From NCBI GenBank assembly GCA_030390025.1, contig CM059427.1, positions 148,118,001 to 148,182,000 of the forward strand: a DNA stretch of 64,000 nt, written 5' to 3'. Shown here piece after piece: positions 1 through 12,100 of the stretch (positions are counted from its first letter, which is position 1; the number at the start of each line of letters is the position of its first letter). The stretch comes from Squalus acanthias. Taxonomy: Eukaryota. The notes under the pieces were generated by a model. It was not told where the DNA came from. It was given only the letters and a program-made list of their open reading frames with translations, and made no database searches. The translations under genes were made by a program, and so were the position numbers.

Positions 1-55
1 CGTCCTGTTTTGAACCAATTATTTATTTACCTTTCAATCCCACTGAAGAGAAAAT

Positions 56-160
56 GGGGATGAAATTCGTCTCGGAAAAGAAAATCCTGCGGTGTATAAA
101 ATGGGCTGCCAATGCACTATTGCCCCTTTTGTGCTACTGCACAAGATGAATTTCACCCCC
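56..160. mobile_element. Short PIF/Harbinger-type MITE
   Basis: TIRs GGGGATGAAATT / AATTTCACCCCC, flanked by AAT on both sides (3-bp TSD). Related copy at 41604-41690. Confidence 0.7.
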
Positions 161-614
161 AATGGCCCTTAAACTGCCAATGATGTATGAAGCTATTTCG
201 CCCCAGAGCATTTGCATAATTTCACTGGTATGAATGCAAAATTATTCTTGAATTACACAAAAATGTTCAAGTGTAATATTATTTAGCAGCCCTTTGTCTT
301 GTTTTTCATGACTGACTATAGTATATTTTAAGGTAAATTTTCTGCTTGAACACTCCCTGTGCAAAGCCTCACCCACCAGGAGAACATATCAGAGAATTAC
401 ATGTGTGTAGCCCAAATTTAATGGATGGATATCATGGACTGCACACGTGCAATTACCCAGTATGTGTTCCCAGTGGACAAGGCTCCAGTAGAAGTGTGCA
501 AGCAAAAAATATATCCCTGTGTACTCTGCTCAGCAATGGCATTAACATTGACAGAAGTGGCACAAGTAATATTTAATCCTGTTTTACACATACTTTGTTT
601 CCAAAATACTCACT

Positions 615-1045
615 GTGTGCTGGTTTGGCTCAGTTAGTAACATCTTTGCCTCTGGATCGGATGGTTGTGGGTTTGAGCTCATAACCTAGGCCCACACTCC
701 TGTTTGGGACTCAGATACCTCCTTGTTATTGGATTCACTGTCCTTTTGAATAGACGTCAAACTGAGGCACTGGCTGCCTGTCCAGTGTTTCAGATGGACA
801 TTAAAGATTCCATAGAACTATTCAAAGAAGAGCAAAGATTTCTCCCTGTGTCCTGGCCAACATTCCTCCTTCAAACAGTGCCACCAAAATGCAAATCAGC
901 TGCTCTTTCATTTCTGCTATTTGTGCAAAGTTGCTGGTGCAGAATGCAAACCATGTTTGTCTACATAACAATAATCGCCGCACTTCAACGTAATTAATTT
1001 TGTAAAGTAATTTAAATTACTTTGATGTGATAAATTGCAAGCACT
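615..1045 (+). mobile_element. Degenerate DeuSINE (SacSINE1/AmnSINE1-like)
   Basis: tRNA-like head (TGGCTCAGTTAGTA) and a Deu-like core (GATGGACATTAAAGATTCCATAGAACTATTCAAAGAAGAGC). Homologous to the copy at 40487-40957. Confidence 0.75.
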
Positions 1046-1929
1046 ATATTATTATTATGTTATATTATTTATTTGTGATTGTAAAAGTTGAACATAAGGA
1101 AAATAGAAATCCAAAACTATATGTTGACTGCAGAACAATGAAGGCATTTAATTTCAAACTACCTATAGCGTCATCGTACTGAATCAATGTAACCATTCTT
1201 ACCCTTTTTTACAAATGTTTTAAACAGGGAATGATTCAGATTTGGCTGATCCATTTATGAGGATATTCAATGAAAATATGCAAAATGGAACTGCTTTAAT
1301 TCAATTAATGACTACTTATTGTCTGAATAAGTCTAAGATAAAAGCTTTATTAAAATACAATCCCCTTAAATCAAGCCAAATCTGAACTGTTTACTCATTC
1401 TTACTGGTACCATTAGAAAAGGATGATGTCAACATCTCCTTTATCTGTGCAACATCAGAGCTCTCTGAGAGGTCTGAACAAAATTTACAACCTCTCTCTT
1501 CAGGCCTGAATGCTCCATTGGTAGCTCAAGTGTGTTGATGGAGCCTGAACAATGAGGACAGGTGAACTTGAATGGCAGCTGTGGATTTGAATTCATATCT
1601 CTCTAGGTTGTCGATTGTCTTACCTATCAAATTCTGGGTCATTTGTGATGTTACCTTTAAAGTATCATCTCTGTGCAATTCTAGAATAGAACTTGCAGAA
1701 TGACATCACAGCCAGTTTTATTCTCTGTAGTGATATAAATAATGCATTTTTGTTAGATATCACAGACAATACTAAATGAGTTATAAAAAGTTAACAAAAA
1801 GTGTCTACAAGTAACTTTGATTTAAAAGGTATGACAGTCTGCAGTGCCATAAGGAATTTAATCCTAATCATATCCATCCTAAATCCTCAGTGACTAATGG
1901 AAGTATAATTATACAGCACATTGTCAATT

Positions 1930-2200
1930 CACCTGACCGATGTTGCCTTGTATTTTCACCTCTAGAGCTTCAATTCAAGTCCAGCCTAGACCAATGAGAT
2001 AAAGGTCTTCTCTCACGGACATAGTGAAATTAGTTTAAGTAATCTCAGATTCAAATGGATGCAGATCAACACAAAACTTCCCACAGTTTGGTACAATTTG
2101 GCACTGACTGTGGCAAATGGAATCATTCATTCTTTTGAGGTTATAAGGAAATTATTGAGGCAGAGTAGAGGGAGCTTCACCTGGGAATATTTGTGTCCCA
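1930..2200 (+). mobile_element. Degenerate LF-SINE-like element
   Basis: Segments TTTCACCTCTAG...TTCAAGTCCAGCCTAG and CACAAAAC...TTTGGTACAATTTGGCAC resemble the LF-SINE consensus as recalled from memory. Confidence 0.5.
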
Positions 2201-3489
2201 TTCCCCAGCACTGAAGTCACTAATCTTGAAAATCACAAAAATTCATCAAAGCATTTAAAATTTGAAAGCAAATTTTGAAATACCATAATTATACCCTTTC
2301 TCCAATATGTGACGATATTAACCAGTTATTATTTCACAATATGTTATTTTCATGCTGCACTCACTAGAAAATTGACCACATCCCTTTCAGGTCCACAGCT
2401 CCATGGCACAACAGGAACTGTACAGCCTACTGACCTTCCTTTTAGTATTTATTATACAAAATAACAGATATTCAAAAGAGAGTTAAAGACTGCAATTCAG
2501 TCTGTGACTTCATATTGCATGTCACTATTTGTGACATGATGCAAATACTTCAACTGAATTACTCTTCACCTTCCCGTGCATCCATTGTTCTTTATATAAG
2601 TCATTAGATTTTTAAATATGCCACTTTCCAAAGTGAAAATGTTTCTATCTTTGTGATGTTGTAACAACTAATGTAATGCTACAGCAGTTTTCTCATGACC
2701 ATATAAATTTGTATGGCCTTTAAGAGGGAGTTCTCTCGCTTTTGAGAATGTCGTCTTAAGACTCCTTCGGGTACTATGAAGCTACAGGGCGTGAACTAAA
2801 CCCCATAGTAAAGTAATGAATTGAAATTGAGTCTGTCAAAAAAAAATATAGGGTGATATTTCCTCCGGGCGCTATGTTTTGTGAAATTATAAACACCTTT
2901 CTTGGGTTTACAATTTTATTATACGTGGTTCACAGAAAAAAAAATTCCCATGCAGTTTTTTATGTTTTCTCAGTGGGAATTCAAAGCATAATACATAAAG
3001 TAGTACCATTGCTGCATTCATAATAGCTCCTCATTGAACTAATGTGTCACAAAAACTCTTCAGAGAATAAAGTAAATATGTTTTGAAGAGACCTTTAAAA
3101 CTTACTATCCTTCCAATTGTGTGATACATCAATTGCACATTATTTTATTATTCTCATCATGCTACATGAGTGCACTGCTGCAGAGTGCTAAAGATTGTTA
3201 CCCGTGGATTTTAGCTTAAAGCCAATCATAATTGGCAAAACTGATGTCTTATGCCACAATTATACTGGTAATAAGAAAATATAAAATTCTGATTTCCCAT
3301 GCAATATAGTTTCCAATGGCCAGTAAAGTCATTACCAAGATGGCCAGCAATGAACTAGTTTGAATTCTGGCAGATCTATTTAATTCAGAGATCTCCCAGA
3401 ACACGGTACTAAAAAACACTGACAGTTTCTCCATTCTGGTTCGCTGGTTACTTGTACTGTTAATGCAGTGATAAATCCAGTAATTATAG

Positions 3490-5145
3490 ACCAGTTAGTC
3501 AAGTGTTAGTTGTGGCCAAACTCTTAAAATCCATAATTCGAGATAAAATTAGTGCGCATTTAGAAATGCATTCATTAATCAAGGACAGCCGGCATAGAAA
3601 GAAAAATTTGCATTTATCGTGCCTTCCACCGGATGTTCCAAAGCGCTTTACAGCCAATGAAGTACTTTTTGAAATGTTGTCACTGTTGCAATGTAGGAAA
3701 TGCAGCAGCCAATTTGCGCACAGCAAGCTCCCACAAACAGCAATGTGATAATGACCAGATAATCCATTTTACTGATGTTGGTTGAGGGATAAATATTGTA
3801 TAGGACATCGGGAATAACTCCGCTGTTCTTCACAGGATCTTTTACGTCCACCTGAGAGGGTAGACGGGGTCTCGGTTTAACATCTCATCCAAAAAACAGC
3901 ATCTCTGACAGTGCAGCACTCCCTCAGTACTGCACTGGAGTGCCAGCCTAGATTTTTGTGCTCGAGTCTCTGGAGTGGGACTTGAACACACAACCTTCTG
4001 CTACCAACTGAGCCACAGCTGACACGGCATGGATCTGTTAAAGGCAAGTTGTGTTTGATCAATTTGATAAAGAGTTTTTTGAAGACTGGATTGATAAATG
4101 GAATGCAGTATATATAGTGTATATTGATTTTCAGAAGGCACACGAGGCTTATTATAAAAATTCAAGCAAATGTTATAAGAGGAAAGTAGCAGCATTGATG
4201 GAAAATTGGTTGATGGATGGCAAACAAAGAGTTCACGTAAACGTGTGTTACTTGGATTGGAGAAAGGTTGGAAGTGGTGTACCCAATGGAGTCAGTGCTG
4301 GGTCCACTTTTGTTATCAGTATATGTAAGATGAATTGGACTGGAGTACTGGTGACACAGTCTCAAAATTTGCTGATGACACAAAAGTAGGGGATTTGCAA
4401 GCAGCAAGGAGGACTGCAAAAAACTTCAGAAAAATATAAACAGGTTAATGGAATGAACAAACAGGTGGCAGATCCAATTTAATGTGCATAAGTGTGAAGT
4501 AATTCATTTTGGAAGCAAAAATAAGGAATGGGGATATACGCTAAATGGAAAAAAACAGTATTTTAGGTTTTATGAATGGGTCATAGAGTAAAAGAGTAAA
4601 GATAAATTTGGTCAGACCACAGTTGAGTACTATGTGCAGTTTCGGTTGCCTCATTATAGAAAGGACATGAAAGCCATAAAGCGTACAGTTTGATTCACCA
4701 GGATGATGGCAGGAATGGGAAATTATAGTTATGAGGAGAGACTTATGACAGTGGGACTATTCGCACTGGAGTAGAAAAAGCTACTCCAGTATTATGAAGG
4801 GTTTTGATAGACTCAATAGGAAAAGATTATTTCCTCTGGTTGGGAAGTCAATGACAAGGGGTAAGGTCATCAATTTGAAATTGTCACTAACAGAGTGAGG
4901 AGAGAGGCTAGGATAAACTTCTTTACAAAGAGTGTATTTTGAAGGTGGAATGCTTTACCACAGGGAATGGTTGAGGCAGAGGCCATTGTATCTTTTAAGG
5001 GAAATTGGATAAATATTTGAAGCAGAAGAAGATACAGGGAACTAGGGAGAATGCAGAGCAGTGAGATTCGTTTTGGATTGTTCCAACAAAGAACGGGCAC
5101 AAACACAAGCCAAATGGGCTCCTTCTGCATTGTAAACCTCTATGG
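3490..5145 (+). mobile_element. Decayed CR1 LINE ORF2 (RT domain) and 3' end, split by a SINE
   Basis: Fragments KLLKSIIRDKI, VYIDFQKA, GSGVPNG and FADD, followed by a CR1-type 3' tail. Confidence 0.85.
3596..4025 (-). mobile_element. DeuSINE (SacSINE1-like) nested in CR1
   Basis: Near full length and highly similar to the copy at 40487-40957. Confidence 0.85.
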
Positions 5146-5299
5146 TTAACATTAAAGCAAAAAAGTAAGAGGTGAGGAGCTGCCAAAAATACACCTCTAG
5201 CTGATTGTATGTTTTTGATGCTTTTAAAAAGCGTTTCAAATGCCCCATCCCCAATTGTCCTGTGCATAAAGGAGCTATCCAATGTAATATCAAGCTTTA

Positions 5300-5670
5300 T
5301 GGACCAGAGGTACCAGCCCCTGCTGAGTTAACTGATTTCTTTAGGGGCAGCAGTTGAAGTTTTACAGTCGGGTTTTGTGCCCCATGGATATCAAGGGGAA
5401 AATCAGTCGGGGCTCCTGTTTCGAATTGCTATCTCGTGGCTCCCTGCTGGAAAGTGAAAGTAAGATCTTCACAACTTAGCTGTGAAGATGTCAAGTAAGA
5501 GGAAGATTTCTCTCAGCTATGATGAACTCCATAATAGAATATTCTGCTGGCACTCATTGGCTAGGTTCACAAATGAAGAATGGCTACTTGGGTGAGGTAC
5601 TGGAGGGTGATTGGCACCTGTGGACTGTACCCCAGTAAGGAGCCACACCTTCAGAAGAGAAGGGGGTAAA
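5300..5670 (+). mobile_element. tRNA-derived SINE, AmnSINE2-like (family name tentative)
   Basis: Shared motifs GCTGAGTTAACTGAT...CCCTGCTGGAAAGTG...ATGAAGAATGGCTACTTGGGTGAGGTACTGGAGGG. These recur at 27.6, 41.0, 42.1, 52.2, 56.1 and 59.2 kb. Confidence 0.65.
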
Positions 5671-8600
5671 TTTTAAAGTCAAAAGTGCTAACTTGGCCTT
5701 AAATGTTTAAGATAAATTTACATGAATAATGATCTATACCTCCCATCGATATCACCCAGAACAGCCAAAGTTGAAGAACAGTGCAACCTTCCCTTAAAAA
5801 TTTTAGGTAGCTGTTGCAAAATTTCCTGTGATTGTGGTATAGTGGAAGGAGGCAGGGTAATATCCCTATTGAGCGTAATGGTAGAAATGGCACCGAAAGC
5901 CTGTTCACCTGCACCTGATACCATAAATTATACAAAAGTGCCAAGGATTCTAACAATGTGATCAGGGATAACCTAAATGCTAAGGTGAAGCAGTTTACTA
6001 TCAGGAACATGCAAAATGTGCTAACTCACTTGTAGTAACCGAGCACAGCTTCGAAATGAAAGGTGCAATTTGGAAACTGTTAAATTTGAATCTGAAGAAT
6101 TCTGTTTTAAAATAAATGTAAGTTATAAATACGAATAAGACCTGAATAATTAAACAAGATATAATGAATTATAAATACAAATGCAGTCATTAAGTCTAAG
6201 GCTGCCCTTATATTTTCACTGGCAGGTCAATGTGGAGAGGTCAATAGTGTAACTGTGGTGTCAAGACCCAATATGGTTCGGAACGAACTAAAGCAACAGA
6301 GACATTGGAGGTATAGTATACCTGGTAAATGTATCCCAAATCATGTGAAATGACCTGTTAGATTGGGATTTGATTTACCAGGTATACTGCCACCTTCCTG
6401 CTCATGTATTTTATGAAAAAGTGTCGACAGCCTCAAAGATAAACTATAATCTGAAACTCAATACAAAATAGCTGTAAGCTATCCGATACAATATGTGAAG
6501 TGATACAAAGTCCCAACTAGTTGTTTGCATTTATCCCGCCATCCCATGAAACTCTGGTACCACAGTGACAGTTATGCCCCAACCAAGCTACGGCACATGG
6601 CAGGTTCCCACAGCGTTGTGCAGTAACATTTTTATAGATGCTTGTTCATAATTTTTTTGGGAAAAAATCTGCACCGTTTCAGCGCGATATCCTGAATTTG
6701 CCCCAAGGGTTCCCAAGTGGTAGACGATGAGCGCCGGGTACAGAGAATTAGCCGCGAAGGGGAAGTGAAACCACACTCCAGGTGGTTTGTGCTTTACCAG
6801 TATTTGAATATTTTTGAGCAAAAGGCTTCTGTTGGCAGCGTAATGCACAGATTGTCTATCGCTTCGTCACAAAGAGTCCGCAATAAAAGCAAACGATGGT
6901 GGATGGACATTCCGCAATCTGCGCTGTACCACAAGAGGACGCTTTGCAGACTCCACTCAGCTCCAGAAAGTTTGTGCAGTGAGCCCGGGGCGATGCTTGT
7001 TAGCAGTTTGGTGACAGCGTTAAACGCGGTTCCAACAGTCTGTAACTCAGACCAGCCAGTTCCTCCCCGAAAAATAAAACACACATTTTACTCAAACTCT
7101 TTGAACCGTCGATTCTACTCTGCGGGCCTAGAGTATGTACCAAAAATAACGGAAAGCGGAGTTCCAAGTCATTTATGATAAACAAATGCTGGTTTGATAA
7201 ATGATCACACTAAAATAAAGGCCGAATTGCAACGCAGTTCCGAACTGCAAACGGAGATGGCGATGTGATATAAATTCACCCCACTCCCCGCCATAGCGGT
7301 CCTGCAGTACTGTCCTCTGAATGGTATTGTTGGAATCTAACGTTTAACAGTTTGCGCCTGGTCATGTTTGCCTTCTTACACTCCTCACTTTACTCAAATC
7401 CGTCTCCCTTCGGACTGGCAGCCAGTGCCAATGTTAATCCACGGCTCATCACTCGTTCTCGCCACTGATAGTGAAGTGAACGCCGAATTTTGTGTTAAAA
7501 TGCAATCACATCCACTTAGTAAAGAAAAAGTTAGACGCTTGGTTACATAAAGCTCCAGTATTATTGCTCATATTTACTCCTGAATACTTGTGCTTGGGAA
7601 CTTCAAGCTTCTACTCTGGTCACACCTTTGCTCTTTTGCATTGTAATAATATTGATCTAACTGAGGTCTGAAAATAATATACATCTAAATAGGAATGATA
7701 AAATATGTATTTACATAACTACAGCAGTAATTTCAAGCACAGGATCACACTGGGTTTCTGCTTCTTTAGTTGCTGAATGTCTTTAGTACTATAGCGCCAT
7801 TCGATGATTAGCAGTCTGAGTCCCCGTGGTACTGGGAACTCGACCTTGACCCCACCACCACCACCCAGCAGCAGAGGGCTTCACCTTGCCATGTAGATTC
7901 CATACCACAGTGCAATGTGCGTTCACATAAGTTTAGGGTTGGTTGAGAAGTGGCTTTGGCTTGGCATTGCACTAAACTTGTGTAAATCAGATATCAAGGA
8001 CTGAACCGAGTCCCAAAGCCGGCCCAATGAGACTACCTCCTTCTGAGTGTCCCGCTCCTCTTCCCTCGGGTCCCTGCGATCGGATTTAGGCTCCATTTAC
8101 ACTGTAACAGCAGCTCAGTGTGAAGCCGAGCTACTTGCTTCACGCTGTGGCTGTGGTTAATACAGTGAATGCGCCCTCAACCTGCTCTTGAGCAGTTCAC
8201 TTTCAAACTCATATTTCCTTTCAATGTATTGTCATGAGGTCAGAACATAACTGAGGGGGGTGGGAAGCGGCTTCGCAGTGACGAACGGGGAAGGGGTTTG
8301 GAAGAAGCCAGTGTAAGTGCACTGCTGACGCCAGCTGCAAACTCGGGAGTGATTGGCTCTACGTTTGCTATGGGTGCTGAGAATCTGTCCCAAAGGTCAC
8401 GAAAATGTCGCCCCGACTCTTTACCAACTGTGGAATATATATCCTGGTTGGTTTTGCGATGGTAAAATCTTTTATTAAACGGTCAAGTTTGGTGAAAGAT
8501 TTTTTTCTTCACACACATGTAAGAAAATGTATTCCTGTCTCTTAATAGGCCAATAACCTGGATAACTGGAATTTCTAAACTAACATAAAATAAAGATTAT

Positions 8601-8796
8601 TAAGTAATTAAATTATCATATTTAATGATCAGGCAAACCTTTCCCAAAAAGATGAGAACAATTTAATTCGACATTATTATTATTTGTTCAGTAAATAGGC
8701 AACATAATACAAGAGATCCAGGATTTAAACTTGCGGATGCCTGTTATTTGTCTTTCTATTGCTACAGAATAAGTTTTTTTGAAAACTATTTACATT

Positions 8797-9157
8797 AGAC
8801 AGACTGGATGCAGGGAGGATGTTTCCCCTGGCTGAGGGGTCTAGAACGAGGGGTCACAGTCTCAGGATACGGGGTAAGACATTTAGGACTGAGGTGAGGA
8901 GAAATTTCTTCACTCAGAGGGTGGTGAACCTGTGGAATTCTCTACCACAGAAGGCTGTGGAGGCCACGTTACTGAATATATTTAAAAAGGAGATAGATAG
9001 ATTTCTAGACACAAAAGGCATCAAGGGGTATGGGGAGAGAGTGGGAATATGGTATTGAGATAGAGGATCAGCCATGATCATATTGAATGGTGGAACAGGC
9101 TCGAAGGGCCGAATGGCCTACTCCTGCTCCTATTTTTCTATGTTTCTATGTTTTATG
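8797..9157 (+). mobile_element. CR1 LINE 3' fragment
   Basis: ORF2 C-terminus SRTRGHSLRIRG...RRNFFTQRVVNLWNSLP, 3' UTR hairpin and (TTTCTATG)n tail. Confidence 0.9.
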
Positions 9158-12100
9158 TAAATTAAAAGCTATAATTGCTTAAAGAAATATAATATCTATG
9201 GTTACAACCCATCAGGTAATGTGAGGGCACTGTCTAAGTGAAAGTTTTGTTATCGGTGAATTGTCATCCGGTCTTGGGGTTTCATGAGCTATTGGGAATG
9301 GTTCAATAATCGTCTGTGCAATACCGAATATAGTTATTAAGTAACAGCATTAAAGTAATTCAGAACCGAGATTTTGTGTTAAGTATTTCTGATAAAAATC
9401 AATTCTGCGTCTTGCTCATTCTGTTTGTGGAATAGATTCTTTATAAAGTATAAGATACGGAATCTAAAAGCAAGCAAATGATGGAATAGGTGATGTGGTA
9501 TGTATCTGTATATTTATACCGATTGCATATAAACATCTTCTAACCTGTAAAATATACGCGAAGTAGTCATAACAGGTATTAGGGGACGCACGAAATATAA
9601 AAAGCTATATTCTCGATAAAACGTCCAAGATGTGAGTAATTTAATGGAAACTCCACTCCGAATAGACATCTTTCTTTAAAAAGTTTTTTTTTTAATTTGT
9701 ATTTGACAAATACTGTGATTTTTAAGTTAGCGGCGGTTTACATTTCTGAGGGTGAAATAAAATACGCAGTTATTTGTAATTGTAGTAGACTCAAATAGCA
9801 ACCCATAGTCACAGCTATTCCAAAAAATGAAGTATCTATGGAGTCACTTAGGTTCTCTGGTTACATTTTGAATTAAAAATACCCTTGCCACAAATAAATT
9901 GTAACGGCAGATACCTGAAATATTGATTTCAATCAGTGCAAAACTGCGTTCGATTAAGTTAGAGGGTTTTGTGATTGGCCATTTGAAGTGAACTATCAGC
10001 GTCTGGTGTTGAGATGGCTGTGTTGTTCCCCAAATCTCACAAACGCGAATCTGTGACGCTTATTTCAGCAGAGGTGTTAAGATTGACCAGCTCTGCTTGC
10101 TGGAGCTACTGCCATTATGTTGTTCGCATATATTTCTGTTTCCATCGCGCTCTCACACTCACGTTTAAATATACACTGTACAGGATATGTGCCTGGTTAG
10201 CAACAGTCACATTTTCATTTTGAGAGCGCTTACTGTTTTAAAGGTTTGTCTGCTTCTGTTTGACTTATACAGATCATTAAAGTTCTGACAAAAAACTTGC
10301 TGATCTACTTTCAAATAGAACATTTGTGTCGAACTGAACAATTTCGATAGTGTTACCGCAATATTCCCTAATATTGATTGATTTACTCCTGAAAAGGGGC
10401 TCTTAGATCTATTTCACAGAGCTAAATGACACCATTTCCCCGACTTCATGGCTCTATCTGCCCGCTTATAAAGTTTCAACAAGGTTTTTTTTTCTTGCAG
10501 AACTTGTTCACCTGAACGATCAAACCCAGCACACGTGTTAATTAGCTGTCGTTAATTAAAATGCACTGTTAAAGCTGCAGCTTGCGCGGATAGCCGTGTG
10601 GCAACAGTGTACCATTGTAGAACACATGCACCGCGTTCTAGAGAATCGTGAAACTGCTCTCATATTGACTTATCATTAATGGGCGTGCCGCCTAAATCAA
10701 TGTAGGGTCAGCATGCTTTAAATCCCTAGTGTGAGTGTTTGATACTCGAGTCGATTACTGCGAGAATCAGTACAAAATTGTGATTTTTCCGCTTGCACAA
10801 ACTGAATAATCTCCTTGCCTATTGCAATCTGAAAACACAGGTGAATGTCCAACAAAACTGAAATCCATCGTGCCTGACCATTTACTGAGGTTCGCGGAAA
10901 GCCTGCCCAGCACATAAAATATATTGGCCATTATTGTATATTTTTGCAACGCTGTTTATATCCCTTCTCATACTTACCTAGATCCTGTATTGATAGCATG
11001 AGTATAATTCTGAGCAATGAAAACGGTTCTATAAAGACTTCACGATGGTGTGCTGGATTATTCCGAAGTTGCAGTTATGTTTTTAAGAGGTGATGTAACA
11101 TAAACGATTCTCCAGTTCTGATCGAATACAGAGCCGCCGCTTTGAGGGCAGCTTCCCTTAAAGTTAAAAGGAAATGGGTAGCCTACTTACACTGTTTGGA
11201 TCGAATAAAAACCATAATAAAGAAGGCATTTTAAGTTGGCATTAAGAAGAAGAGCCTAAGAGAAGAGCGCCTGCCAGAGAACAGAAGATTCGGGTATCTC
11301 AGAACCATATTTAGCGCCAGTATATACAGCATCATTTGTACTTCTAGGAGACTCTGTTTCTTCAATAGTTAATTTCTGTGTGTCCGTCGTCATGAAATAA
11401 TGTATTATTAATGAAGTGGATTAGAGGCCAGCGGTAGGTTCTTCGAACATTAATAGTAATAGAAATGTTATTTATGTTATGAGTAGCAATCACGTTCCTT
11501 CTGCAAATTTGACCCATTATGTATTCATTTATGTCTGGATCGTGCGCTGGACGCTATGTCGAGCGAAATTGCGTTTATGGAGATTCCCTCTGGTTGGTAT
11601 GTCTAAAGGCTTTTTATCCCACAAATCGTACATAAAGTAATGCTACTTTATGTAAATGTGGTCTAATTCATTCATATTTCAAGAATGGAATATCGAGAAG
11701 TGGTTTAAAGTAGAGAATAGTTGTCACTTATTGTTACGGCTACCGGACATAAGCGGCAGCGTTAAACTTTGCTTATTACAGATGTCGCGTTGTCTGTGCA
11801 GTTCCTGTTCGGTTTCCAACAGATGAGACGTACAGAAATTATGTATTGACGCAGGTCGGCTGTGAAGGAATGTGAATAAAACATTTTATTTTCCATTAAA
11901 ACAAGCTGATTTCCTTTAGTTGGCTCGAGATTGTGCCACCAGCGGTTGAGATGATTTATTCTGGGTAATTAATTAGGGCAATTACACCTACACCGACCTA
12001 CAACCTGGTTTAAAAAGGTAATCATTCAACAACAACGAAGTGAGCTGGAGTTAATGGCATATTTATTTACACTTATTCCTAGTTTGGTTTGGGGCTGAAA

